Origin: Girardia tigrina
Lineage: Eukaryota
DNA length: 64,000 nt
Assembly (NCBI GenBank): GCA_001938485.1
Contig: MQRK01202454.1
Span: 69,184 to 133,183, forward strand
Direction: 5' to 3'
A model generated the notes under the pieces. It was not told the DNA's origin. It saw only the letters and a list, made by a program, of their open reading frames with translations, and ran no database searches. The number at the start of each line of letters is the position of its first letter. Within the stretch, counting starts at the first letter, position 1. Position numbers and translations under genes: made by a program. Positions 28,736 through 43,700 of the stretch are shown here, in pieces.

Positions 28736-31700
28736 TACAAAGATTAAAATAAAATATTTGAAAATAGTTTATGTTTATATTAGTTTTAAAATTAAATACT
28801 ATACAAAATTTCGAAAATAATAAATTAACATATTTTTATACTTACATTATTTTATTTATTATTTAGACATTATTGGTTTGTGCAAGAAAAATTAAAAATC
28901 ATTCCTCAGAAATTTACTATAACAAAACTTGTTTGACTAATATGTTATTGTTGTTATTAAAAATAAAAGTTTCAAAAATGTCTTCATAGGAAATTTCATA
29001 GCAACAAAACCACGAACCTAATAATTATTATTATGAAAAACGAACTTCTAAATTTCCAAACTAACTGTTTGTCCTTCTAATTTGCGCTAAATATTTAAAT
29101 TTCATACGATAACATAAGTCCATGAAATCTATTTTCTATACTTGGTAAGAATTTTCAGAATTTAGTTAACTATTTATAAAAAAACTTTAAATGATATGTT
29201 ATTTTACTTTAATTATTTTTATGTTGATATCTTTAATCAAATGATTTGGCAATAGATTTTCCTCTGTTTAATTGTGTGATTATTTTATATTTTTATTTAA
29301 TACAACTAAAACTAATAATTTTTATTGCTTTTCATCTAAAAATTAAACTTTTATTTAGAGTTCCTCCAAAGCTGGAGATGATGAACATTGGGAATACGCT
29401 CCATTATTTGAAATGAGATTCCATGCCAAAGAAAGAAAGACTGATATGGTTCGTCGAAGACGTTGGCATCGAAAAATGAAGTCTCAAAAGCCGGGCGCAC
29501 CTTGTTTCATGAGTTTAACCGATAAAGATGAGGTAAAGCACTAAAAAAAATAATTTAAGATTAAAATCAAAGTTCTCCTGTTTTTGTATAATTATATAAA
29601 AGGTTCCTTCCAAATCAATAACAGAATCGGAAATGGAAAATGATATTAATGAAAACGATACCATTGACGAAACAAGGGAAATAACAGTAAAAGTAGTAGA
29701 TAAAAAATCTACTGACGATGTGGTAAGGCACGAAAAATGTATAAAGCACGGATAATTTCCAATGCACTTTAGATATTGTGTTTGATTTAGTATCAATAAT
29801 TAGTAATTAGTAAAGCACATTTAAGAGCACTTTTAATTTTTTAGAATCATATATATTCTTATGTAAACATTAAATGCCAACCATAATTTTCAAGATAAGT
29901 TTTTTTTTAATTCCTTCTGATTGGGTAAATAGATATTTTATGAATAAACAATCAGTAAAATTTTAATATTTTTCACTAAAAAATTTCACTTTTTATTTTT
30001 TTTTTTAATTTTTTAAAACTGTTTTTAAAGAGGTTGACTGGTAACTTAATTTATACTATAAGGTTGTATTAAATAAATTGGTTTGAAAAAATGTTTTTGG
30101 TAATATATTTTCACTAAAAATCGCAAAAAAGTGCACTGTCGAAAGACTTTTTTCCAGCATTGTATTTTGTTTATTATACATTTATACTTGTGTGCATAAA
30201 GCCTTGACATATTTTTATTAAAATAACTTTTTATATGTTACTTACTTTTACTTTTATTTCCGCGAAAACAAAATTAATAAAATAAAAAGGCCAATGACAC
30301 TAAAGAATATCTCCATTATTATTTTCATTTATCCAATTAAATTCATTTATATGACGCTTGCTCAATAAATTAGGTTTTTCAATATTAAAATGGCGGCGCC
30401 AAAATGAACATAATATTGATTTTTATCAGTTATATTAATCTATTGAAAAATATGATTAAGTTCAAGAGTTCAAATAAAAGTGATACTTTTCAGATAGGGT
30501 GCACAAACAGACATTTTATAGACATTGAAAATAGGACGACCAAATTCCATTAAATATTTCACAAATCTTCTTCATGCACAAGGACAGATTGACGTTAAAA
30601 TTGTTTTGAAAAATATGTATGTTTCACCTTAGTCAGTTTTAAAATGTCAAATTAGCGTTCACAAGACTATAATATGTACAGTATATTCGGTTATAATAAA
30701 GCCGGATATAATAAAAAATCGACTATAGTAAAATTATTTCGTGACAGCTTCATCTGAGCGCAGAAATGCTTGTACTTTTAATCAATTAATATATAATTAG
30801 TTATAATAAAAAATCGGTTATTATAAAATATTTTTCGGTCCACTGAAGTAAAAATAAACATAATTGCAATCGGCTATAATAAAATTTACCTTGTGAATTT
30901 CGCTTGTTGCTAGCCATTCAGTTATGCTTTCAAGTCATATTAGAAACTCCGAACCTCACACATCGCCTTCTTACGACCTCTCCTACGACCTGCTTCCACA
31001 CCGCTACTCTTCGTAGGTGCTGGACAAGGATGAGCTCACTTATATGCATGTGTATGAATGAGCGCATGTGGAGTGGAGTAGGATGAGTCATCTTCCAGTA
31101 CCTTGAGTAGTGACGCTTGCGCATATTGTCATTAATACGAAAAATAATGATGATGATTTAAAACATATTGTATAAAAGAAACTTTGGAAAACAATTTTCT
31201 TGGTATGGAGAATGCGGCAGAGTTTACCAAATATTTTTCCCGTTCAAAAAGAAACAATCGTATATTGCTTCCCTTTTGCTGGATTTTGTTCTAGATCCAC
31301 TTCACTTCTCGTAACTTCTTCCCATGATTCTTCTGATATAAGTAGTATTTTCGGGTGTCTGTGTACTGCGTTCTCTTTGCCAGAAGTAGTGACCCCTAAA
31401 CTATTCACGTCGATTGATGATAATGTTACCATTTTGAAACCTCCGAGTGACACTAACACTGTGGATTCTCTGTTGCCATTAAACGGTGAGAACGTGAGTA
31501 GTATTTCTGATAATGACAGTTCTGTGATGCTATTGAACAAATCCCATCACACGCTAAAACTCTGCAAATGCTACATAAAATCCGCCTCTATCTGTAAAAG
31601 CATTCCTCCTCGACCCATGATTTCAGAAATTTAGACAATTTGCAATTTCCAGTCACCACCACGACATTCAACAATAAAACTACACGCAATAGTTTTGTAA

Positions 31701-34700
31701 CACATCTCTGATTTACACTTTTCTTTACTCAATTTTGTGTCGCATCTAAGTATTGTCCTCTAAATTTTACAAATAAAATGTTCGGTATTTCCCTTATTGT
31801 TTTGGTTTGATTGAGTGAGACGGTTATTGTAATGGGAACAGCTAGTCGATAAAGCTGCGTTTTTAAATGTTATTTTAGAGAGTTACACTTAACTAAGTAC
31901 TGCATTGTACGTTCCATTTTCAGGAAATCGGTTATTATAAAATCCGGTTATAATAATTTTTTTCTGGCAAAAGGAGCTTTACTGAAGAGAGAAGTTATAA
32001 TTAGTTAAAATTTTAATTACTTCGAGAAAACAACAAAACCAAACCAACTCAACTAATCGTAATACAAAAAGATTAACAATATACAAACAAACATTTTAAC
32101 TCAAAATAACTTCTATCAAAACAAAATAAAAACAATCATTAGTTTACAAACAAATTTTCCTCAAACAACGGTTTAAGTTTTTTTAACCGCAATAGAAGTA
32201 AAAAACAGTCACACTCTTTATTAGAAAATTAGAAGTTTTCCAACTCTAAAAATACTAACATCAGACTTCTACAAACAAATACTAAAACCTAAAAACTCAC
32301 AAAATTTTCACCAAAAATATATAAATCTCTAAACACTATATCTTTACAAAAAATTCTATTTTAACCTTCTATTTGGAAGATAGAAATGCTACATATACTA
32401 GAGAAATTACACAATAACCTTTGTCCGGAAATTACTGTATACTGATTTATATAACCGATATATAAATAATTAATTTAAGAATATGATTTATTTTAAATAA
32501 AAAATTAATATATTTTTGTTAACATGCATATATCGAAGAACTATAAATCAATAATTTGGAAACAGCTGCTTTCTTCAAAATAAGCTGAATGTTATTGTAC
32601 TTACTAGACCTGAGAAATACATGTCACAATAAGATTGTCGTTGTTTGCACTCGTGTGTCATCTTTCCCGATTGGCCATTTAGAGGTCTCTACCATGCATT
32701 GTAAAAGGGCGTTATTCTATGCTAACTATTTTCATTTCACTTGCCTTTTTTAAAATAATAATATTAGAATAGTAAATGCGATAATGGCAATTAAAAAAAT
32801 AATAAGTGAAAATATTTTTCTTGAAGCCGCGTGGTAGTTAAAACTTGCGTCACTAATTGACTTTTGAATGAAAAATTTATAAATTTTTAAAATACTTTTT
32901 ATGATATTAACAATAACATAAATGTCGACTGGAATACCCATTTATTTTACATAACAGTTCTTCTTAATGTTGAAACATATAGTGTCACTATTTCATCCGC
33001 CCGACCCTCAGGTCGCCCCGAGAATCAGACGGAGATAGCAGGGTTGTACAGGGAAATTCTGTTCATCAGTTGCTGGGCCCATTTATTGAGAAATGAATGA
33101 AAAATAACGTTTATCGAATTCAATTTGTCGTTAAATCTTTCGAATCTTTCACAGAATATTTTAACCATTTCAGTATCGATTTTCGAATTGATTGATTCAC
33201 ATTTCGCTTTGAAAAAATTAATCTTATTGGAATAATTTTCTCTAAAAGCATTTTGCTGTCTTTTTAAATCATTGTAAGTTTCATCCAACACCGATATTCG
33301 CTGATCATACAGAAACACTGTGCCGTTTATTTGATTATTTCTATTTAAATTTTGATCTAAAATCGATTCGAGTTTGATAATATCGACGAGAAGAAACGGC
33401 GCATCGAAAGTCGCATCATTTAATGTTTTTGTATGTTTAATATTTGCGGTCTTTTTTAACATTTTAGATTTGTTAGATAATTCATTTTCCATTTTCAATT
33501 TGATTTCAGCATCCAGAAAAGAAATTCACTTTTTAATAAAATCAAAACGATATTAAGTCACGTATCGAATTTATTTTCATTAATCAAAATCACTATCGTT
33601 TTTACAAGTTCATCAATTTAATTCAACTAAACAAAACTCAAGGTCATTTCACACTATCAATTATTAATAACTAAATAATCAAAATTACAATTCAAATTGT
33701 TTAATTTCCATCGAATAATTTCAAAATGACAAAAAATAATGAATTAATTTTCCATTTCAATTTGATTTGATTTTCTCCTATTTGAAACGAATATATAATA
33801 ATGATAATAATTAATTTAAAAAAAACAAAAATATAATAATTAAAATGTTCGAATCCCGAACACTATTTGTCATGAACGGAATATTTTAATCTATTTTATC
33901 TACTCAGTATACACTGATTTTTTATTGATGTTCTTTTTAACTATTTGTCTGGTTAAAACTATTTCATACTACTTCAATTGTGTTCTGTGAGATATCTAGT
34001 AGATCTAGTACATCTACTTAGAAATTAAATCACGAGATTTGAATAAAAGTAGCAAAGATAAAAGTAAATGTAATAGTAATTTTTAATTCTGTAAAAGATA
34101 ACAAAAAATTATCTTGGCCTTGTAGAGTTCTACCAGCATAAAGAATGTATATAAAAAATCTTTTTTGGTTTACTAGTTTATTGCAAAAATAAGCTTCTAC
34201 TGCAGACATCCAACAAATTGAAATTATAATTTCTAATTATTAATTTTAATATTTTCTAATATTAAAAAGTTATCCCATATGAATATGGACTTTTTAAATT
34301 TTTGTATTTAATTGTTATTTACCATTTTCATGATTAGCTTTATCACGTCATAATTTTAAATCACTAATCATTTTTCTTTTATTTTCTTTTCTTTTAATTC
34401 ACGAAAAAATGCGCTTCATTTTCTGTTTCTCGAATTTTAGATATGTTAGATAATGACTTCATCATGTAAAGAGATCGTATAACTTTTTAAGCTTTTCCTA
34501 GCTGTCGTTTTAAGCAAATTAATTCATCTGAAAAAAATACTTTCTTGATTCTCGTAATCAATGATTTATTTTATCATTAGCTTTACGAAGAACTTTCAAA
34601 CGGTCGGAGAGACTTTTGATAAGGGAATCTCAAAAAAATATTTCTTTATGTATCATTGGTACAAAAACTTGTAGAAAAGTTAAGAGAATCATTTTTATTT

Positions 34701-37700
34701 TGTTTTACAACTCATCATTTGCTGATACTCATGTTTTAAAGCTTTTGATAAATTAACCGAGGAGGCTACTAAATTCAAATCGGTAAAGGCACCGCCTTCT
34801 TCTTTATTAATGTAAAATTTCCGCATGTATTCCAATTATCCTCTATTAAAAGTTATACATCCTTGTTAAAATTAGACAGTTTCAAAGCCATCATAACTTT
34901 GTCAATCTTTCTGATTATTTTACGTTATCCTAAGATCATTTTGTATTTTCTTTAATATTAAGATCAAAGCTTTTATCAGTTGATTATTAATGGACATTTA
35001 GGATTACAATATTATTGGCTGTTGTTGGACTATAAAAAAATATAAATAAAAAAGTAACATTCACGTTCTCAATATATATATATATATAGGGTTAGCCAAA
35101 TGCAAAAGTATAAATGAAAATACAGGTGAATATTAACACTAGCGCCACTAAAAAAGATTATATAAATATACGATATGGCAGTTAAACGGGTGTGAAGATG
35201 TAATATTTATACATAACAAAGTAATAAAATTTGTTTCGCAAATATTTATTGTTTTTTAAATTTGATGTTATTATGAATTGTTTTAGGGTTATGTATAAAT
35301 TAATGAACATGAAATATGGTTCTTGTGTGAAAGTCATTAGAATTTGAAAAAAAATCAACTTATATATTGGGAAAATAATTATTAAATGTTCAGTTAAACT
35401 ACAAAAGCTATAGAAAGCTATTTTTAATTTTACTTAATTAATACCTATCAATAATAAAAATATAAGGTACGTTGGGAAATAATTATATTATGTTTTAGAA
35501 AGGTGCTATGATTGTTCCAAGATTATTCTTGGTTTTCAAAAGTAATTTATTATAAATTTTATATTGATAAACTAAATATGTAAATAATTAGAAGCGCATA
35601 AATGGCAACTACGGGCATATATTTATCAAGCCAGAAATTTACTTGCTGGTGATCAAACTGGTTTTTCCGACCCCTATACAAGGGTGGCGTTTCTCAACCA
35701 ATCACAATGCACAGAAAGAATCGATAAAACATTATGTCCTACGTGGGATCAAACATTAATCTTTCATCAAATAGAAATTCATGGAGACCCAGCTGGAATA
35801 GCAGAAAATCCGCCATACGTAATAGTAGAGACGTTTGATTATGATCAAATTGGAGAAGATGAATATCTCGGACGATGCCAAGTAATTATGTATTATATAT
35901 GTATCATACTTTTATACATCAAGTTCTAAAATAATAATTTTTAATCTGATTGGACAAGTTAATTTTATTATGTATTTTAGTACTTTTATTTATATGAGCA
36001 TCACAGATTAAATAAAACTAATTTTACTTTTATAAGCTTTCAGTATAATGGAACAATAATATTATTCATTCATTCTAAATGATTACAGGTTGATGCATCA
36101 TTCAAGATCTCTCTCTCTTTAGATTTCAAGTTTACATTCGACGAGATTCGATTATCCAGTGCAATATGATCTATCTTTGAGGCTCAATCTGTGGAAATAA
36201 TCACACCGGTTGAGATTTGGTGAATATGGTGGCCATTTTGCTCCTTCTCCTGTTTTTTCTGACGCATCGAAACCAATAATCTTCTACCTTTTCTTGACAG
36301 ATGGAAGATTTTGTCCTTCAGAATGTTACAATTAGATTGTCCAGTAACGTTTACCCCGATGAAAAAGGGCCTAACGATTTTTAATGAAATGGCACTCTAA
36401 ACCATAACTTTGACTGGATGAAGTTGTTTAATTATTTCATGATGAAGGTTCTCTTTTACCCAAAAACGCCAATTTTACTTGTTTATGTAACCTTGAAGAT
36501 GCAGATGTCTTCGTCAGAAACCAGATCTCATTAAAGTCCAGTTCGCCGCTATCCTTCATATTTATCATCTTCTTTGCGAATTCAAAGCGCTGAATGCTAG
36601 CTCGGTTGATTAACTTGAATGTTGTAGGGAAACAAACCGATGTCAATCTTCAATATTTGTTGAATCGATGATCTTTTAATTCCAAGAGTTTTTGATGCTT
36701 TTCTTTGGCTTGATTCAGAATGTTCTTTGACCTATTCTTGAACCTTTTTGATGTTTTCCAATTTCAGTTCTAGCCTTCTTTTTATTTGTCTTTCCTCAAT
36801 CAGTACTTACAATAGAAAGTGTCATTATAAATGAAGTATATATGCAATAATAAAACAATTGGTTGATTTATCTCAACGTAAATCAAATCTCACATGGAAA
36901 TATAATATTAAGTCATTTACACATGTACTTGCTACTGTTGATTCGACAGCAATAAATTAAAGAAAATATTTTTGCAAAAATGTAGATTTAATTTAAAATT
37001 TTTTAATAACCGATGGATTCATCCCAACCCAAAGTATAATAGATTGAGTAGAAATTGAGTCAAATTAATTATAAGTATCAATGTTCAGGATCTTTGAGTT
37101 TGGTTTGAGCCTTTTTAAGTTAATAAAATTTCAATAATCTAGTATTAAAGAGTATAATTACACAAATTGATGTAATGTGAAGGTTTATTAAAATTAAAGT
37201 AAAAGATCGGCTTAATTAAATTTTTTGAAAAACTGAACAAAAAATTTAATTGAGCAAAAAACCGGAACTGAAACTGAACACAACATTTTTTTCAGTTTTT
37301 TGCTTCAAAAAATGAAATAAGAATAGTATTAAAGGAATAGGGGGAATTTGTAATCCTTTATAATCCTTAACTGTGTCTCATATACCGAAAGTTATTGTTG
37401 GATTAATATTAATTTGAAACGCCAGGAGAGTCAGAGAACTTTAAGGAAACCATATTTGAGAAAAATAAAAATTAAATGAAAAATTATCAAGCAAAAATCT
37501 TGTTGCGAAATCGTTGCTAGTGGCAGTGAATACACTTTTGAGGTTTACTTTAATTTCGTTTCGTGACACTAAAAATCTAATTAAATCAATAATTATCGTT
37601 TAACGATGAATACATAAAAGTGTTTAAAACATAAAGAGGAATGCTGAGTCCTGAATACTATCATTATTGTGATGAATATTTGATATTTGGATGTTTTTGT

Positions 37701-40700
37701 GTAGTGTTTGCATGTTTAAATGTTGTATGTTGATTTTGGATTGTGCCTCTCCTAATCAGATGGATTATCAATATTTAATTTCTTATAATCTGAAACTAAT
37801 TTATTTAAATTTAGATTTAATATTCAAATATTTAATTTTTATTATTGCAACTTTTAAATAAGTTTATTGATTTTATTTTTGTAAATTTTCAAATAATTAA
37901 AATCAAATTAATGTTTAAAAATGACCATAAAATATTTTATTTCAGCCAACAAAATTTAAATTAAATATTTTTAAATAAAATAATCTTCTCCAGTTAGTTC
38001 AGATTATAATGGGAGATATTGAAAATTGAGTGATGGATCTAAGTGAAAGCGTTACTATTGATCATCATAAAGATGACAAGAAATGTGAATGTAATAAATG
38101 TTCTGTCAAATGTGTGAGTTCTCTTAACAATTATATTTGATGAAAAAATATTTATTCTTCTACATGAACATCATCATGGAAAACCATTTACTTTATGTAT
38201 CACATGGAGGATACTTTTTTAATTAAAAGAAATAATTAAAATATTTTTTATCGAAAACTGAAATAAATGAATAAGGAACCATTAATGTCTTAAACATTTT
38301 TAATAGTTGATCAGTTTCAATGTTATTTCGTTTATTAAAAATTAATGATTACTTAATTATAAAGATAACTCCAATGGTTAAAACTCATCCTGATGATCCA
38401 AGAAAACCAGTGTTACAATGGTATAACATATCCAAAGGTAATCGAGAAGCTGGTGAATTACTAGCTGCTTTCGAATTATTTTTGGTATGAAATATTTAGT
38501 TTATTTTATTCATTAATTATGTATAATTTAATAGTATTCTGAGAAGCAACTTCCTTTTACTCCCCCAAAGAGAGGTAATTTGTACAGCGTTCCAGACGGA
38601 GTTCGACCAATGATGCAAAGAACTGGAATTGAAATTCTATCTTGGGGAGTTCGAAATATGAGTAAATATATGTTATCCAATGTAACATCTCCAAGTATCG
38701 AGTTCGAAATCGGTGGATACGTTATTCAAACTGATATAATCAAGAATACTTCTATTAATCCTAATTTTAACAATCCATTATTGTTCTTGGATGTTTTATT
38801 ACCAAAAGAAGAACTTTATATGCCACCTTTTAATATAAGAGTAAGAGATAATAGACATTTTGGAAGGAAACCATTAGTTGGGATGCATGTTTTAAATTCT
38901 GTCGATGAATACAGAATAAGTGCTATCGTGGATGAGAGTACTTTATTGACAGATTTCCCAGGTATTTTTACTTGCAAATTCAATTTAATTTATTTTTCTA
39001 AGCTCTCAATGATTCGGGAGCATCGGATACACTACGACTGGGTCATATTGACGAAGATACCTTTAGTCTTCATTCCGATGATAAATCGCGCTATGTAATT
39101 GTTTTAATATGTTTTGTTTTATCATTAAAACGTATAGATTCGTAATGAATATAGGTGTTATTCTGGAGATAACTCTGTTTTGTTAGGGAACTCTTTTAAG
39201 TCTGATAAAACGTATCGCGATTGCACTTATCCAGGTACGGATCATCACAAATCAACACTGTTTTGCGATGACATAAATTGTTTAATCGCTGACGAAAAAC
39301 CAAGTTATTCAAATACCTTGGATCATGCTTTTCAGACAGAAAGTCAGTCTAGACCTAGTGCTAAAAGGAAACCTGATAAGGACAAAAACCTTTATTGTGG
39401 GGAACAATGTGTTTCTCATAATCCAAATAATTTTGAATATCATAAGTGGGGACAAAATCAAAATAGTCAGTCGATGCCATACTTGATTAATAAAGGTAAA
39501 TTACTTAGGAAGAATTATTGTTGTTCATGTCGTGGTTGAATAGTTACAGTCGTTATGTTCATTCTCAATTAAATAATTTCCACTGTTCAAATTGTTTTTG
39601 TCAATTCGAAATGAGACTGAATTATTTCGTAAATTTTAATACGTTTGATTTAATTACGCAAAATGATATTAGTTCTCTTGCATTTACAAGTAGTTCTTTT
39701 GCATTTAGACGAAGAATATCTTTTTAGGGCTTGATCTCAGTATGCGTAAATTTCTTATTTAAATAAAATAACATTTTACAGAAGATCGAAGTTACTTTCA
39801 AGCCTAAAAAGATATTTTAGAACGTAGTTTGTGGTATATTAGTTTGAGTGTTATGCATAGCCAAGAGAAATCTATGTCAAATGTGATTGTTGATTACAAG
39901 TTGTAATTAAAAGAAATTAAAATAATATTATTAATAAAAAAAATTTTTTATAAAAACAACCACGTTTTTCAAACATTACCAATGCACTAAAAAGAGGAAA
40001 ATAATTTTTTTTCTAGACATGTGCGAAATTTTATACCTAACCAAAAACGTGGGCGGATTTCTGAATTACTGCTATTAGGGTGAGTCATAAGTTGTGGGGC
40101 ACTTTTTATTAAAAATTAAAATGTTCATAAAACAACGCACAATAAAGATTATGGTTCGAAATAAACTCCATTATGTTCAATACATTGTACCCAACGTTCT
40201 GCAAGTTGTTCTATTCCGCGTCGATACCATCTTTTGTCTTTAGAAGCAAAAAATTCTCGACACCCATTATCGACGTCGTCGATATCGGAAAAGCTCCTTC
40301 CCTTCAAAAAATGTGACATAGCTCGGAAAAGATGAAAATCCGAAGGCGCTNNNNNNNNNNNNNNNNNNNNNNNNNNNNNNNNNNNNNNNNNNNNNNNNNN
40401 NNNNNNNNNNNNNNNNNNNNNNNNNNNNNNNNNNNNNNNNNNNNNNNNNNNNNNNNNNNNNNNNNNNNNNNNNNNNNNNNNNNNNNNNNNNNNNNNNNNN
40501 NNNNNNNNNNNNNNNNNNNNNNNNNNNNNNNNNNNNNNNNNNNNNNNNNNNNNNNNNNNNNNNNNNNNNNNNNNNNNNNNNNNNNNNNNNNNNNNNNNNN
40601 NNNNNNNNNNNNNNNNNNNNNNNNNNNNNNNNNNNNNNNNNNNNNNNNNNNNNNNNNNNNNNNNNNNNNNNNNNNNNNNNNNNNNNNNNNNNNNNNNNNN

Positions 40701-43700
40701 NNNNNNNNNNNNNNNNNNNNNNNNNNNNNNNNNNNNNNNNNNNNNNNNNNNNNNNNNNNNNNNNNNNNNNNNNNNNNNNNNNNNNNNNNNNNNNNNNNNN
40801 NNNNNNNNNNNNNNNNNNNNNNNNNNNNNNNNNNNNNNNNNNNNNNNNNNNNNNNNNNNNNNNNNNNNNNNNNNNNNNNNNNNNNNNNNNNNNNNNNNNN
40901 NNNNNNNNNNNNNNNNNNNNNNNNNNNNNNNNNNNNNNNNNNNNNNNNNNNNNNNNNNNNNNNNNNNNNNNNNNNNNNNNNNNNNNNNNNNNNNNNNNNN
41001 NNNNNNNNNNNNNNNNNNNNNNNNNNNNNNNNNNNNNNNNNNNNNNNNNNNNNNNNNNNNNNNNNNNNNNNNNNNNNAAAAGTACTCTAATTTCAAATTT
41101 TTCCATAATTTTCTAAAATGTTTAAAAAATTAGAATGAACATAAAATCATGATTTTCTTACAAATACTGAAACTTCAGTTTATGAGCTTTATTACGGATA
41201 TACAAATTCAATTAATATCGATTCGACAATTCATGTTGTAATTAAAGTTAATTACTTTGGAAAGAGTGCCCCACAACTTATGACTCACCCTAATATTAGT
41301 AACTGCTATTTCCTCTTTACTGCTTTTTAGTAACAATCTATTATTTCTATACCCCACGCCACCGTTATGATTTACTTTTGCACTGGACACATACCGGCTG
41401 AAATAATAAACTTGGCCAAAATGTCAACAGCGATCGTGAACTGGATCGCGGATCAGTCTCGAGCGGATGAAGAGAAAGAAGAGTGCTGAATTGTGCAAAA
41501 CTGATGCAAAGAAGTACTTCATGCGTTTGGCAATTATTGATGAAGCAAATGCTCTAAAATGCATAAAATTTGTTAACATTCGTTGCCAGTAGAAGATATA
41601 TCAATGGAAATGCACCTTTTTGGTGCTAGTTTAGTTTTATTTCATGTACTCAAAAGTACAATTGTTTCATTCATTGTAATAATTCATTCAGAATCATAAT
41701 TTTTAATATTTATAATGTGAATATAGTTCTCGAATAATATAGTTTGCTTTGTGATTTCGGTACTGGGTATTTTAAATACAGTAGAAGATCGACATAGAGA
41801 TAAAAAAATCGATCCAAAATTCTTTTGACCATTTCGAAGAAGCTTTTAATTCTACCTTAAATTTAAATTGATGATAAAAATTAATCATACACTCATGTAT
41901 GTCTTTCTTAACGATGACTTTCTCCTCTCGCTGTTCTATGACCCCATCAAAAATGTTGTCTTGTCACCGTTTAGCTTTATCGCATAGCTTTGCATAGCGC
42001 ATATAATTTAGGGATCTAAATTTGCTTATTATAATAAGGACCATTGTATGATTGTAACTTAATCGATTCCCCAATAAAAAATAAATATAAACAAAAGGGG
42101 TCTCATATTTTGACCCGGACCTTTTTCACAATGACTATCAAAATAAAGATAAGTAGAATCAGAATTTTTTTAGATTCTGATCTTTTATTGAAAAAAGCAC
42201 CGCAAAATGAATTGATTCAAGAAAAATATAGAATTTGGGTAGGTGTTTAGAGTTAAGCATTAGATAAATTGCCAAAGAAAGATAATCAGCATTATTTGCC
42301 CAAAAGGTTCCCTATAATATGAATAAATCATGATTGTTAAGAGTAACATTAAAATACTTTTCTTTGTTAACAGTGAAATTTGAAAGAAGAAAAGTACCAA
42401 ATTATATGTCCATCAGCAAGGTAGACAAAATGTTATGTGTTGAAAGTTAATTATTCAAATTAATGATCAATGAGCTTTAATCAGTATATTTATTTTTGTA
42501 GCAAACCGATACAATGGATTCTTTAGAGAGTCAACTTCATACTCCTAAAAAGAAAAAAGGATTTAAATTTTTCAAATTTTCTTCAAAAACACCAAAGAGG
42601 AAAAAGGATGAGGTATTTTGTTATCATTTGTATTTGTATTCAATATTATTGGTGTTTATAAAATTCCCGAGAATAGCATTTATGGTTTGGTATTACTATT
42701 TTTTGAAGTATTTATAGTTTAGTAGTCACTTTTTTTCATTCTGCTATTTTCGTTCCTTAAATTGACACCAAATTCTATTTTTTTTATCTTAATTTATTAT
42801 TGTAAATAAATTTGAATAAAATTGGCAAATCATTAAAATTAAAATTAACAATGAACAATGAACAAATTAATTAAAATTTTTTAATTGTTTATTAATTTCG
42901 ACTGATTAACCGTTATCTTCAGAACAACTGATTTTTAAAAAGAAAGTTACTTACAGTATCGCTCAAATTAATCAGTCAGTACATTTTTTTCATATTATTT
43001 AAATTTGTACAAAATTTACCAAACCAACCATTCTTGAAATTTTACATGTAACTAACTTAAACATTGAGTCAAATTATCAATAAAAATATCTCATAAAAAA
43101 TAAAAATTGAAATATTTATGTAAGATTTTCAAAAAAATTGGTCGCTCAATTTAATCCGTCAGTGCATCATATCAATAAAATTTTATCATTTCTGTTAAAA
43201 ATTTATTAAATTATAATTACATTATTGTTATTACATTATTACATTATAAAAACCAAGACAATGAAAATCCTAATAAAATTTTATTAGAAAAAGACAGACC
43301 GAATAACGGTTATTAATATTTTATGGGTCTTCCTTTTGAAATCAATACAAGCTTGCATTCGTCGAGGCATACCATCGATGAGACCATGACAAGCAGCCTT
43401 AATGTCCGGATCATTGCCCCATATATATTTTATTGTATTTATGAGTTCTTCTTTGGTATTTACATGCACAATGTGAACTTTTCTTTTGACAAAAGCCCAT
43501 AAATTCTCTATTGGAGAGAGATCTGGGCTATATGGAGACCATTTTAAGACAGCAATATTCTGGCTTTCTAAATATGAAGTCACAGACTTGGACTTATGAC
43601 ACGGAGCATTATCCTGCTGAAAAATATCAATCCCAAATGAATGACGTTCATTCATTAGGGGTAACATGTTCTTTATAAGGATATTTAGGTACTTTTCTGA

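Noticed and set aside
33000-33080. C/D box snoRNA or hammerhead reading (TGATGA ... CTGA / GAAA) on the minus strand
   Set aside because: Antisense to the host gene, no terminal stem adjacent to the C box, and no stem II joining CUGAUGA to GAAA.
34200-35030. Possible additional Penelope relics (also about 11630-12250) and a possible LINE relic at 61.3-62.2 kb
   Set aside because: Motifs are too eroded to support a call without a profile search.
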